From positions 1,156,727 through 1,220,726 of the forward strand of contig JAGWFT010000001.1 in NCBI GenBank assembly GCA_028867755.1: a stretch of DNA of 64,000 nt, written 5' to 3'. Position 1 is the stretch's first letter, and each line of letters opens with the position of its first letter. The notes below the pieces were generated by a model. It saw nothing but the letters and a program-made list of their open reading frames with translations, did not search any database and was not told the origin of the DNA. This stretch comes from Nitrososphaerota archaeon (GTDB lineage Archaea; Thermoproteota; Nitrososphaeria; Nitrososphaerales; Nitrosopumilaceae). A program made the position numbers and the translations under genes. Positions 9,617 to 19,996 of the stretch are shown here, in pieces.

Positions 9617-11187
9617 GTTTGTTCGCGCATAAATTGGAGCAAATAGTAAGCACCACCTGCTCCCTTACCTGAGATTCCAGATTCTTTCCACCCTACAAAA
9701 GGCTGGGCTCCAACCATTGCTCCAGTAGTGGCACTAGCTGCTCTGTTTGCATATGTGACTCCCGCCTCAATTCTATTGAAGAACGATTCAATCTCATTTT
9801 TGTCTTGACTGAAAATTCCTGCAGTGAGTCCATAATTGCTTTTGTTGGCCTCAGATATTGCTTCATCAAAACTATCAAATTCTTCCACACAAAGAAATGG
9901 AACAAATAGTTCTTCTTTTACTAGCTCGTGGTCTTTTGGAAGACCTATAACAATTGTAGGCTCGACAAAATTTCCGTCCTTGAATTTAGAGTCAGACAAA
10001 ACTGAACCACCACAAACTATCTTGCCATCTTTTTTTGCAATTTCTGACGCTCTTTGGAATTTTTTCAAAGCTGTCTCATTTATTACAGGACTAACAAACA
10101 CATCTTTTTCCCATGGCTTTCCTATCTTCAGTGCCTTGGTCTTTGCGACCAACTTTTCTACAAATTGATTTGCAATATCTTTTTGAACATAGACTCTTGA
10201 ACATGCACTACACTTCTGACCGCTATAACCAAATGCTGCCCTTAAGACCCCATCTGTTGCCTTTTCCAAGTCTGCTGTTTTTGTAATTATTGCAGGGTTC
10301 TTCCCGCCCATCTCTGAGATGAATGGCCTGGGCTCAGCCTCGACAAATTTATCAAAACCTGATACTCCTACCTCTTTTGAGCCAGTAAATGCAATTCCAT
10401 CTACAAGACGACTTTCTAAGATAGTTCTTCCCACGATACTGCCAGAACCTGTCACAAAATTTACTACAGCTGGAGGGAGTTTGTGATGTATGGCTTCAAT
10501 GAATTTGTATGCAGATATCGGAGAATCGCTTGATGGTTTCAATACTGCAGTATTGCCAGTGATCAGTGCACCAGAAGTCATTCCTATCGATATGGCAGAT
10601 GGAAAATTAAATGGAGATATTATTCCCCAAACACCATACGGTTTTAGAGTGCTGTATGTTTTTTCATTTTGGTTTGCGCTTTGGGTCTCCTTTGAAAAGC
10701 CGTGGTTTATCTCAAGTTGTTCTGCATAAAACCGCATAAAGTCTATCGCTTCATCTAAATCACCCATGGATTCTAGTCGGTTTTTACCATTTTCAAAACT
10801 CAGTATTGCTGCAAGATGAAATTTGTTCTGTGCAAAGGCATCTGCAACACCTCGAAATATTTCGACTCTTTTTTGGTATGGCGTAATAGACCACTTTGAA
10901 AATGCTTCTTTGGCAGACTCGATTGCATGTAAAACATCTTCCTTTGATGCTAGTGGAAAGTTTGCCAACACGAGGTTCTTGTCAGCCGGAGAGCGTACTT
11001 GAAACTGATTACTAGAAAATATCTCTTTTCCACCTATTATCATTGGATAACTTTTGCCAAAATCCTTTTTCACTTCCTCTATTGCTTGATCAAATTTACG
11101 ATGAAATTCATCAGTGGAATGACTAGCCACGTACGTGGGCCAAGTGTTTTCATTTTGGAACATGCCAATATTAGAACTGACCACCAT
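9598..11187 (-). CDS. pruA: Delta-1-pyrroline-5-carboxylate dehydrogenase (aldehyde dehydrogenase family)
   Basis: ISPFNFP, FTGS, EMGGKN, GYSGQKCSACSR, EELFVP, YGLTAG; adjacent to proline dehydrogenase. Confidence 0.85.
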   Translation of the reverse strand: MVVSSNIGMFQNENTWPTYVASHSTDEFHRKFDQAIEEVKKDFGKSYPMIIGGKEIFSSNQFQVRSPADKNLVLANFPLASKEDVLHAIESAKEAFSKWSITPYQKRVEIFRGVADAFAQNKFHLAAILSFENGKNRLESMGDLDEAIDFMRFYAEQLEINHGFSKETQSANQNEKTYSTLKPYGVWGIISPFNFPSAISIGMTSGALITGNTAVLKPSSDSPISAYKFIEAIHHKLPPAVVNFVTGSGSIVGRTILESRLVDGIAFTGSKEVGVSGFDKFVEAEPRPFISEMGGKNPAIITKTADLEKATDGVLRAAFGYSGQKCSACSRVYVQKDIANQFVEKLVAKTKALKIGKPWEKDVFVSPVINETALKKFQRASEIAKKDGKIVCGGSVLSDSKFKDGNFVEPTIVIGLPKDHELVKEELFVPFLCVEEFDSFDEAISEANKSNYGLTAGIFSQDKNEIESFFNRIEAGVTYANRAASATTGAMVGAQPFVGWKESGISGKGAGGAYYLLQFMREQTQTRCE

Positions 11188-11279
11188 AATTAGTTAGCTA
11201 GGGGATTGATTTTTCATTAACTTGTGGACAAAGATGTTTCAAACGAGAAACATTTTATCTCAGCAGATAAAGGTGTTTT

Positions 11280-12119
11280 ATGCTCAATACTGTTTATCGC
11301 GATGCCTTGAAGAAACGAGAGGAAGCAAAATCTATCTTCAAGGGAGAAACATTTGAACGCATAATCCAGGCGGCCAAAGAAAACTGGGTGGATTATTCTC
11401 CGCAGAAGAAGGATTCAGTTATTGCTGGTATAGATAGTAGTTATAACAGTACAAAGTTTCAAGGGCTTGAACTATGGGTGGTTACTGTGGTATCAATCAA
11501 ATCAGACGGTCAAATCATAACTGAGATGCACAACCAAGGGCTAGGTCAGCCTGCCCCAGAGCTTGAGACACAGGCAAGCAAGATGGAGGTAGATGCCTGC
11601 ATTGCTTCAATTGACAAGGCAGACTTGGTAACACTTGACGGTTCGCTTTATTCACAATTTCTCACAAGACAGTCTTCACTTGGTAGTTCTATCACTTTGG
11701 CAATCAAAAAGAGAGGAAACGTTGTTTTCATATCAAAGACATCATCAGCAAGAAAACAATTTGAAAAACTAGGCTCTGCAGCAGGAGATATCTTCTATTA
11801 CAATCATGCGGTAAAAAGACCTGGCTTTAGTAAGATATTTGTGGATAATTCTCTTGGACCAGGCAAAGTTGTGTCGTATGTCTATGCAAGACTTAGAGAT
11901 TCCACACCACTAATCAAGATCGAATTGCTTGGCTCCGGCACTAACGAGAATGACATCAAGTCTCTTTTGGACAGATTGACAAAAAATAGTGTTGGAGGAT
12001 ATCCGTATGCATTAAAGTTAGCACATGAGAATTGTAAGATAACCAATTCAGATTTATCCAGACTTGTTAGTCTATACGGACTGACAAATGAGATTGGTTC
12101 TAGGGAGGTATTGAATTGA
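11280..12119 (+). CDS. nurA: NurA 5'-3' nuclease
   Basis: AGIDSS, LDGSL, ISKTS, GYPYALKLAHE. Confidence 0.92.
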   Translation: MLNTVYRDALKKREEAKSIFKGETFERIIQAAKENWVDYSPQKKDSVIAGIDSSYNSTKFQGLELWVVTVVSIKSDGQIITEMHNQGLGQPAPELETQASKMEVDACIASIDKADLVTLDGSLYSQFLTRQSSLGSSITLAIKKRGNVVFISKTSSARKQFEKLGSAAGDIFYYNHAVKRPGFSKIFVDNSLGPGKVVSYVYARLRDSTPLIKIELLGSGTNENDIKSLLDRLTKNSVGGYPYALKLAHENCKITNSDLSRLVSLYGLTNEIGSREVLN

Positions 12120-13636
12120 TAATAGGTGTGGTAATTGGCGAATCAAAGCCAACCGAAGTAACAGCACAATCGTCAAAACCTCTTTCTGTTGGAGAATACG
12201 TCATAATTGATTCTCACGATGGCAAAATTCTTGGCCTAGTTGAAAAGTCTGCAATATCAAGCGAAGCACTTACAGATATTAGAAATTTTGATGAAGCAAT
12301 AGAAAGCAAAGAAGTTGCCGAGATTAATTCTAGAGATAAGAATTACAAAGTAAAAATAGGAATACTTGGACTTTTGGACAAGTTGCAAAAAGGACACATG
12401 ATGATTCCTGCAATTCCACCGCTTCCCGGAACTTCAATTCTCGAAACAACACAGCAAGACTTGGGAATGATATTTGGACCATCTAGAAACGATTGGATCA
12501 GAATAGGCTCACTCTTAAGAAATTCAGACATTGAGGCAAAAATAAACATTAACAAAATTGTATCACGACACTTGGCTATTCTTGCAATGACAGGAATGGG
12601 AAAGAGCAATCTTGTCTCACTCATAGCAAAACATGTTGCAACACTAAATGGTACACTCATCATATTTGACTATCACAATGACTATGAAAATCTAGATGTT
12701 TCCAAGATGAACTATATGATGGCAAAGATAAATCCTCGACTTTTGCCTGCAGACAAACTAGCCGAAGTCATAGAGATTCGTGAAAATGCAGACAAACAGC
12801 AAAGAGTCTTGCGAGAATCACTTACAGATTCAGTCAAACAGGCAAAAGAATTTTGGTCGTCTTTAGAAGAAAATGTTACTGCATTTGGTCATACTACAAA
12901 GGGTTATGCAGATAGTGCAAGCAGAGTTTTAGACAAGATAGATGATGCCAAGCATAGGTTTTCAGATATTCTAGATCCTGACTGCGGAGACCCTGTAGAT
13001 CTGATAAAGGAAGGCAGAGTAAACGTATTGAACATAGCAGAACTAAGCGAGCGACAAGCAAATGCTGGATTATCATACTATTTACAAGAACTATTACAGC
13101 AGAGAAAAGAATCAGTCTGGGAAAGAAAGGGCAAGTCTACACATAAAAGAAATTACAAGTTTCTTGCGCCAATATTTGTCATAATAGAAGAGGCTCATGT
13201 GTTCATACCAAAAGGAGAACACACAGATACCAAATATTGGGCCTCAAAGGTAGCAAGAGAAGGTCGTAAATTTGGAATTGGCCTTGGAGTAGTATCACAA
13301 AGACCAAGAAACATAGATCCCAATGTGCTCAGCCAGATGGGGTCTCTTGCAATAATGAAGATTGTACAAGACGATGATCAGCAACAGATAGCATCTGCTG
13401 CAGAGTCATTAAGTAAAGACCTCCTCTCTCAGCTCTCGTCTTTGAATATTGGCGATGCAGTGCTAATTGGACAGTGGGTAAACTTGCCTTCCATAGTTCA
13501 CATAGACGAAATAAAGAGTAAAAAATCTGGCTCTGATCTTGATGCAGTTTCAGAATGGAACCAGACAGACAAATTCAAAGACATTGGAAAGGAAACAACA
13601 CAAGGGCTAATCCAAAAAGACTTGCTGCTTGATTGA
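12116..13636 (+). CDS. herA: HerA bipolar DNA helicase
   Basis: N-terminal HAS barrel, RHLAILAMTGMGKS, IEEAH, REGRKFG, SQRP. Confidence 0.95.
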   Translation: MIIGVVIGESKPTEVTAQSSKPLSVGEYVIIDSHDGKILGLVEKSAISSEALTDIRNFDEAIESKEVAEINSRDKNYKVKIGILGLLDKLQKGHMMIPAIPPLPGTSILETTQQDLGMIFGPSRNDWIRIGSLLRNSDIEAKININKIVSRHLAILAMTGMGKSNLVSLIAKHVATLNGTLIIFDYHNDYENLDVSKMNYMMAKINPRLLPADKLAEVIEIRENADKQQRVLRESLTDSVKQAKEFWSSLEENVTAFGHTTKGYADSASRVLDKIDDAKHRFSDILDPDCGDPVDLIKEGRVNVLNIAELSERQANAGLSYYLQELLQQRKESVWERKGKSTHKRNYKFLAPIFVIIEEAHVFIPKGEHTDTKYWASKVAREGRKFGIGLGVVSQRPRNIDPNVLSQMGSLAIMKIVQDDDQQQIASAAESLSKDLLSQLSSLNIGDAVLIGQWVNLPSIVHIDEIKSKKSGSDLDAVSEWNQTDKFKDIGKETTQGLIQKDLLLD

Positions 13637-14792
13637 GATGATTTTTTCACACATTTCTGATACACATCTTGGTTTTGTACAATATCACTCAGAAGAACGT
13701 GAAGAAGACATCTACCGTGCATTTAAACAAGCCATAGACATTTCAATAAAAGACCATGTGGATTTTGTAATTTTCGCAGGAGATATTTTTCATGTGCCAA
13801 ATCCAAGTGGAAAGGCAATAGTAGTGCTAGCAAATGCCCTAAAGAGGCTAAAACAAAACAACATAGATTCATTTTTCATCTTGGGGGAGCATGACATTAG
13901 TAGAATAAGAGGCGTTCCTGTTCCATGGGTCTACCACAATCTAGAATTTTCCAAATACATCGGAAACGGCAAATCAGTTCTATACAAAGATGTCCTGATC
14001 CACGGATTTGACAAGAAAAGAAAAAGCGAGATCCACATATTTGAAGAAGAGTTTTCAAAAGCAGATGCAGAGGCGAAAAATCACAGAGGACACAAGATAC
14101 TGGTGCTACATCAAGGAATTTCAGAAATAAACAAATTTGCAGGAGAGATAAATTCAACAGATCTCCCAAAAAATTTTACATATTATGCGATGGGGCATCT
14201 TCATGACAAAAACCTAAAAAAGTTTGCACATCTTGGAGGTCCCTTGGCATACCCAGGCTCTATTGAGATTACATCAAGTGAGACAATAAAAGAAACAGAA
14301 AAAGGGTTTTTTGAAGTGGATATATCAAAGGCTGAAGCATCGCCAAACTGGATTAAACTAGATACAAGGCCACAGGTCTCTTCGAGGATCTCAGTTGACA
14401 AGCTTTCTGATGAGATCAGCACACTTTCTGAGAAGATTAAATCATATAACAGAAAACCAATAGTTGAGATAAGAATAACTGGAGATGTTTTAGAGCCAGG
14501 ATTTATCCAAACACAGATCTCACGACTATCTGAACTAACCCTGCGGTGTTTTTGGAAGCATGTTTCGCCTGATCAAAACAATGGTTCAGTATTCATTGAA
14601 AGACCAATAAAGATAGAAGACGAGATATACAAAATAGCAAAAGATATTCTTGGTTCAACTGAGCTTGCAAATTTTGCCATAAATGAGTTACTGCCGCTTC
14701 TCTCAAAAGGAAACATCGAAGAGGCAAATGTTGCAATCAATGAAAACTTTGTACAATTCAAAAAGGGAATGAGGAATGCTACGATCAGTTGA
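13629..14792 (+). CDS. mre11: Mre11 nuclease
   Basis: HISDTHLG, AGDIFH, GEHD, GHLH, YPGS metallophosphoesterase motifs. Confidence 0.93.
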   Translation: MIEMIFSHISDTHLGFVQYHSEEREEDIYRAFKQAIDISIKDHVDFVIFAGDIFHVPNPSGKAIVVLANALKRLKQNNIDSFFILGEHDISRIRGVPVPWVYHNLEFSKYIGNGKSVLYKDVLIHGFDKKRKSEIHIFEEEFSKADAEAKNHRGHKILVLHQGISEINKFAGEINSTDLPKNFTYYAMGHLHDKNLKKFAHLGGPLAYPGSIEITSSETIKETEKGFFEVDISKAEASPNWIKLDTRPQVSSRISVDKLSDEISTLSEKIKSYNRKPIVEIRITGDVLEPGFIQTQISRLSELTLRCFWKHVSPDQNNGSVFIERPIKIEDEIYKIAKDILGSTELANFAINELLPLLSKGNIEEANVAINENFVQFKKGMRNATIS

Positions 14793-16854
14793 GATAGCGA
14801 ATTTTCTCTCTCATTCAAACACTAGGCTAGAGTTTGAAAATGGAGTGACAGTATTTGTTGGACCAAATGGAGCTGGCAAGTCTAGCATAATAGATGCCAT
14901 AACATTTGCGTTGTTTGGAGAACACATTAGAAAGTCTACAAAAGGCCTATTGCGCAGGGGAAGCAGTCAAGCATACGCCAAAGTAGAGTTCTCCATAGGA
15001 AACAGACAATTCAAGGCAGTTCGTAAAATAGACACAAAAGGAACTGTATCAGCTCAGCTTTATGAAAAAATTAACGGAGAGACAGTTCCACTTGCTGCAG
15101 GTGAGCGAAAACAATTTGGTGAATCCATGACACAGACAATAGAATCTCTAATAGGGCTTGATTTTGAGAAACTCAAAGTAGCATCCATTGTACAGCAAGG
15201 TGAGCTACAATCAATCATTGAAGCAGACCCAAAAAAATTCAAAGAACTTGTCAATGCAATAATTGGAATAGACAAGCTTGATACTGCATATGAAATTATG
15301 AGAAAAACCATTGATGCGTTTAGAATGTCTGTGAGAACAAGAATAGACTATGATGATACCAACATAGAGTCTCTACAAACCAAGACAGACTCGATATCAA
15401 AAGAAATTGCATCCTTGGAGCCCCAAAAGAGCAAACTTGAAGAAGAAAAGGCAATTCAGGAACGAGAATTTACTACACTACAGAGCAAGATAGAGAGCGA
15501 GGCACCAAAAGAGCTAAAGATAAAAGAGATAGAAAGTAGAAAAGATGAACTTGCTCTATATCTAAGAAATGCTGTAACATCCATCAAAAGAGAGATTGCC
15601 GAGAAGGAGCGAAAATTTGCAGATTGCTCTAATAGCTTACCAATTTTATCCCTCAAGCCACAGATAGAATCCGAGTCAAGACAAATACAACATGACATTG
15701 AACAAATACGAATAGAATCAACAGACATAGGCGAAAAGATAGCCAAGATAAAAGGACAGCAAGAGATTGCTGGCAAGTTGCATATGATAGATGGCAAATG
15801 TCCTGTATGTGATTCCAAAGTAGACCACATCAATCCCTTGTTTGAAGAAGAACACTTACGTGCAGAACTTGATATTCTTGGAAAAAAGATGGTAGTTCTC
15901 TCTCAAGAAGAAGTTGTTATTCAAAACAAGAAAAAAGAGATAGATGCAAAGACTCAACAGATCATAAAGGCAGAAAGCGTCCTGTCCTCAAACAACATAA
16001 AAAACCAAAATGACTTGGTAAGATTAAAAGAAGAAATTTCAAGTTTACAAACTAATATCAAACAAGTACCCCTCGAGGTCAGCACAACAGGAAATCTAAT
16101 GCAATTTGCAATAGATGAATATTCAACTGATGCAATCAGAACTATATCATCACTAATAGAAGAGACAAAAGACTTTGATGTTGCAAATTTTAGAAATCTC
16201 AAATCAAAACTAGAACCACAGCGAAAACTTCTCAATACAATATATCAAGAACTTGGTGCAATGACCAATAGGCTAAAGTCACATAAAGAAGAATCAGAAA
16301 AAATTTCACAGATACTAGGAGAGTTGCATTATGTAAGACAATACGTCTCAAGTCTTGAGACCATCAGAGGCCAGATTTACAATAGAGATGGCCCTGTTGC
16401 TACAAGTCTTCGCTCGTGGGCACTTGGAATGATATCGCAGAAAGCCTCAGAGTACTTGGCTACATTTAACGTAAAGATTCAGAGAATCAACCTAGAGGAC
16501 AAGGCAAGAGATATTGGAATTACGTGTTACTCTGGTAACACAACACTGGATTTAGAATCATTGAGCGGTGGAGAAAAGGTCAGTGTAGCACTTGCATTGC
16601 GCCTTGGCATGGCTCACCTCATGGGTTCGTCTCACCTGAATTTTATCATTCTTGACGAGCCGACAACACATTTGGACCAAGAGAGAAGAAAGTCTCTTGT
16701 AAGTGTGCTCTCACAGGCTTTTGAATCAAATGTGGATGCAATATCGCAGTTTATCATAATTACACATGACTCTGAAATCTTTGAAAACTCTAACATTAAT
16801 GCAATATATGATTTCAAATCAACACAAGAAGGAACACTGGTTACTCCAATTTAG
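14776..16854 (+). CDS. rad50: Rad50 ATPase (short coiled coil)
   Basis: GPNGAGKSS, Q-loop, CPVC zinc hook, LSGGE, ILDEPT, IITH. Confidence 0.95.
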   Translation: MLRSVEIANFLSHSNTRLEFENGVTVFVGPNGAGKSSIIDAITFALFGEHIRKSTKGLLRRGSSQAYAKVEFSIGNRQFKAVRKIDTKGTVSAQLYEKINGETVPLAAGERKQFGESMTQTIESLIGLDFEKLKVASIVQQGELQSIIEADPKKFKELVNAIIGIDKLDTAYEIMRKTIDAFRMSVRTRIDYDDTNIESLQTKTDSISKEIASLEPQKSKLEEEKAIQEREFTTLQSKIESEAPKELKIKEIESRKDELALYLRNAVTSIKREIAEKERKFADCSNSLPILSLKPQIESESRQIQHDIEQIRIESTDIGEKIAKIKGQQEIAGKLHMIDGKCPVCDSKVDHINPLFEEEHLRAELDILGKKMVVLSQEEVVIQNKKKEIDAKTQQIIKAESVLSSNNIKNQNDLVRLKEEISSLQTNIKQVPLEVSTTGNLMQFAIDEYSTDAIRTISSLIEETKDFDVANFRNLKSKLEPQRKLLNTIYQELGAMTNRLKSHKEESEKISQILGELHYVRQYVSSLETIRGQIYNRDGPVATSLRSWALGMISQKASEYLATFNVKIQRINLEDKARDIGITCYSGNTTLDLESLSGGEKVSVALALRLGMAHLMGSSHLNFIILDEPTTHLDQERRKSLVSVLSQAFESNVDAISQFIIITHDSEIFENSNINAIYDFKSTQEGTLVTPI

Positions 16855-17345
16855 CCGCCAGTCATCTTTGCAAATTTTTCGTTCTTGCAAAGACTTTCCA
16901 TGAATTTTAGGTTAGATAGTGCAACTACTGCAGAATCACGTACCTGTTCACTTGAATCCAAGAGCGCTTTTTGTAGTGTCTCCTTTGCGTCCTGAGATCC
17001 AATAACTCCAAGGGCAACAGCAGCTTCGTGTCGTACAAACAGACTAGGATCGTTGCGTGTTGCATCTTCTAGTGGACCTATTCCGCTTCTCAGACACATC
17101 TGCCCCAGAGAAAACGCCGCCTCGTGTCTTACCAACTCGTTAGAATCATTCTTTAGTATATTTGCAATATACGGAACAACATCTTCTCCGCCCATATCTA
17201 CCAGTATGCAAACAGCTCTGCATCTAATTACAAAATCTTTGTCACCTAATAGAGTAACAAAGTATTGCTTGTCCTTTTTTTCATATCTTTCTTCCATTTC
17301 AGATAGGAGCTCAAGGCGGCCATTAGGAATAAGTTCCATGCACAC
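16851..17345 (-). CDS. HEAT-repeat (PBS lyase-like) protein resembling one half of deoxyhypusine hydroxylase
   Basis: About 4 HEAT repeats; RHEAAFSLGQM and RHEAAVALGVIG. Confidence 0.8.
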   Translation of the reverse strand: MCMELIPNGRLELLSEMEERYEKKDKQYFVTLLGDKDFVIRCRAVCILVDMGGEDVVPYIANILKNDSNELVRHEAAFSLGQMCLRSGIGPLEDATRNDPSLFVRHEAAVALGVIGSQDAKETLQKALLDSSEQVRDSAVVALSNLKFMESLCKNEKFAKMTGG

Positions 17346-17379
17346 AATTTTATAATCGCATATTTATTTCAATGACTAG

Positions 17380-17838
17380 ATGAGTCGATTACGATACTGG
17401 AAATTAACAGTGGAGGATCTCAGAAAGGCGCAGTATGATCCAAAAAAGGTTCTCATCTGGGAAATAAAATGTACCATAGATGAGCAAGGTACACATTTTG
17501 GAGTATTTTGTTACAGAAACGGTACTCCGTGGGATTATGCATCTATCCACGGAATTGTCTTTTATCACAATCAAATAAGCAAAGAAGAGATAGACAAAAT
17601 AACAAATTTCCTAAAGGGCAAGTTTGGTGGCGAACCAGCAGAAAAGGGTAGCAGGATATTTTTGAAGGACTCAAAGGAGATCTATCAACCAAAGGAGATA
17701 GCAGACTTGGCAGTTCAGCTGGGAGATACTTTTGAGGCAAGCACAGAACTAACGGTAGAACTTGAGAACTTTACAATTCCTGAGCAGGAACAAAGCAACT
17801 TGCCTTCAAGCAAAATTCTCCCCATACCTGGCAAGTAG
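17380..17838 (+). CDS. Hypothetical protein
   Basis: 152-aa ORF with protein-like composition filling the gap before tatC. Confidence 0.75.
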   Translation: MSRLRYWKLTVEDLRKAQYDPKKVLIWEIKCTIDEQGTHFGVFCYRNGTPWDYASIHGIVFYHNQISKEEIDKITNFLKGKFGGEPAEKGSRIFLKDSKEIYQPKEIADLAVQLGDTFEASTELTVELENFTIPEQEQSNLPSSKILPIPGK

Positions 17839-17872
17839 ATAAATAGGGTTTTGACAAATTCAAAGATCTCTG

Positions 17873-18670
17873 ATGGATAAGTCAATGACAATCATGGAGC
17901 ATCTAGATGAGCTAAGAAAGCGAGTCTTCAGGATGGTCATTGCAGTTGGAATTATTACTTTCTTTATTCTAGGATTTCATTTGACGCCATATACCTACAA
18001 TGGAATACATCTTTACTATCCAACTTTTAGTCCCTTTGACAACATAGCAGCACAGGCTACTGTATCCATGAAACATCATCTGCTTCCTCCTACGGTACAA
18101 TTAATTCAAACAGCCCCAGGGCAAGCATTTTTTGCTCAATTTTATGTTGCAGTTTTGCTTGGCATCGCAATAGGAATGCCAGTAATAGTAAAGGAATTCA
18201 TTGGATTTCTAACGCCAGCACTTGGCAAAAAAGAGATCCACATAATAAAATCAATCACTGCACCTGCAATTGGTCTTTTTGCAGCAGGTTGCATATTTTC
18301 ATATTTTGTTGTCACGCCATACACGCTAGCATTTCTCTACAAGTATGGAGAATCTGCAGGTCTTCTTACTTTTCTTAACATAGTAGATTTTATCACATTT
18401 GTATTGCAGTTTGCACTTGCATTTGGCGTATCATTTCAGCTACCGCTAATAATGTATGCAGTGACTGCTTCAGGAATGGTTGGTGAGAAATTCTGGAGAA
18501 ACAACATAAAGTGGGCCGTAATTGCAATGGTAATTTTAGGAGCTGCAATAACACCTGACGGCAGTGGTGTGACCATGTGGTTTGTTGCAGGACCTCTCAT
18601 AGTTCTATACCTAGTAGGCATGTTCCTCTCAGAGAGACATGCAAATCAGATTGCAACACTTAAATCTTAA
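17873..18670 (+). CDS. tatC: Twin-arginine translocase subunit TatC
   Basis: EHLDELRKR, FGVSFQLP, AAITPD; 6 TM segments. Confidence 0.93.
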   Translation: MDKSMTIMEHLDELRKRVFRMVIAVGIITFFILGFHLTPYTYNGIHLYYPTFSPFDNIAAQATVSMKHHLLPPTVQLIQTAPGQAFFAQFYVAVLLGIAIGMPVIVKEFIGFLTPALGKKEIHIIKSITAPAIGLFAAGCIFSYFVVTPYTLAFLYKYGESAGLLTFLNIVDFITFVLQFALAFGVSFQLPLIMYAVTASGMVGEKFWRNNIKWAVIAMVILGAAITPDGSGVTMWFVAGPLIVLYLVGMFLSERHANQIATLKS

Positions 18671-18691
18671 TCTGCCGCATTAAGAGCACTC

Positions 18692-18868
18692 ATGGCATAT
18701 GAGAATCTAATAATTGCAGTAGTGATTATCGGTGTATTGATTTTTGGAGCAAAGAAGATCCCTGAACTAGCTCGAACATTTGGAAAAGCCAAAGGCGAAT
18801 ATGAGAAAGGAAGAATTGAAGCAGACAAAGAGCTAAAAGAGTTCAAGGACAAAGAAGAACTCAAGTAA
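18692..18868 (+). CDS. tatA: Twin-arginine translocase subunit TatA (58 aa, below the track cut-off)
   Basis: Manual translation MAYENLIIAVVIIGVLIFGAKKIPELARTFGKAKGEYEKG..: TM helix, FG hinge, amphipathic helix; follows tatC. Confidence 0.93.
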   Translation: MAYENLIIAVVIIGVLIFGAKKIPELARTFGKAKGEYEKGRIEADKELKEFKDKEELK

Positions 18869-18904
18869 AGAACGCTTTTTACCCATACAAAAATAGATAT
18901 CCAC

Positions 18905-19996
18905 ATGATCAAAAGATCAGAGATTCAAAAAATAGTAAGAGAGTACTCTGATCTTTCCATAGGTGTTCTTGGCAGCCATTCTGCTCTTGAGATAATGGAT
19001 GGCGCCAAAGACGAAAATTTCAAGACTAGAGTAGTATGCCAAAAAGGCAGAGAGGTTCCGTATAAGAGATTTTCAAGAATCGCAGACGAAATTATCATGG
19101 TAAACAAGTTCAAAGACATGCTTTCTGCCAAGATGCAATCAAAATTTAGGGCATCGAGTACCATAATAGTACCACACCGAGCTCTTACTGCATATCTTGG
19201 ATATAATGCAGTAGAGAACAAATTCAACGTACCATTGTTTGGAAATCGTGCACTATTTCAGGCAGAAGAACGCTCATACAAGAAAAACCAATATTATTTG
19301 CTACAAAAGGCCAAGATTAGGTTACCGCGAATCTTCAAAAACCCAAAGGACATAGATAGGCCTGTCATAGTTAAGGTTCAAGAAAAAACACGTAAGCTGG
19401 AAAGGGCCTTTTTTATCGCAACATCTTATGCAGATTACAAAGATAAGACAGAGAAGAAGATAAGGCAGGGGCTAATCTCAAAAGAAGCATTAAAGATTGC
19501 AAGCATAGAGGAATTTGTAGTTGGAACCTACTTTAATTTCAATTATTTCCATACACCGATATCAGACGAGGTAGATTTTCTTGGAATTGAAAGAAGATTG
19601 CAGACAAATGTTCATGATTTTGTTTCATTGCCTGCAAAGCAGCAACTTGAGATAGGCATGGAATTACAAAATATAGAAGTAGGCCATACACCTGCCAGCA
19701 TACGAGAATCGCTGCTAGAAAAAGTCATAGAAGCAGGAGACAGGTTTGTTGCAGCAGTAAGAAGAGAATACGCCCCAGGCATCATAGGTCCGTTTTCACT
19801 TCAGAGTGTCATTACACGAGATCTTGAGATATTGGTGTATGATGTATCCCTTAGAGTTCCAGGCAATCCAATTCTTGCAACTACCAGTCCCTATACAAAG
19901 TACAAATACGGAACAACTTTTGGCGTTGGCAGAAGGATAGCTATGGAGATAAGAAAAGCTCAGCAAGAAGGCAAGATCGAACAAATAGTAACCTAG
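18905..19996 (+). CDS. purP: 5-formaminoimidazole-4-carboxamide ribonucleotide synthetase family (ATP-grasp, DUF1297)
   Basis: VLGSHSAL, GNRAL..AEER, EVGHTP, GPFSLQ, GRRIAMEI. Confidence 0.88.
   Translation: MIKRSEIQKIVREYSDLSIGVLGSHSALEIMDGAKDENFKTRVVCQKGREVPYKRFSRIADEIIMVNKFKDMLSAKMQSKFRASSTIIVPHRALTAYLGYNAVENKFNVPLFGNRALFQAEERSYKKNQYYLLQKAKIRLPRIFKNPKDIDRPVIVKVQEKTRKLERAFFIATSYADYKDKTEKKIRQGLISKEALKIASIEEFVVGTYFNFNYFHTPISDEVDFLGIERRLQTNVHDFVSLPAKQQLEIGMELQNIEVGHTPASIRESLLEKVIEAGDRFVAAVRREYAPGIIGPFSLQSVITRDLEILVYDVSLRVPGNPILATTSPYTKYKYGTTFGVGRRIAMEIRKAQQEGKIEQIVT

Noticed and set aside
11280-16854. HerA/NurA as an antiviral defence system
   Set aside because: It is in the canonical nurA-herA-mre11-rad50 double-strand-break repair operon with no defence effector.
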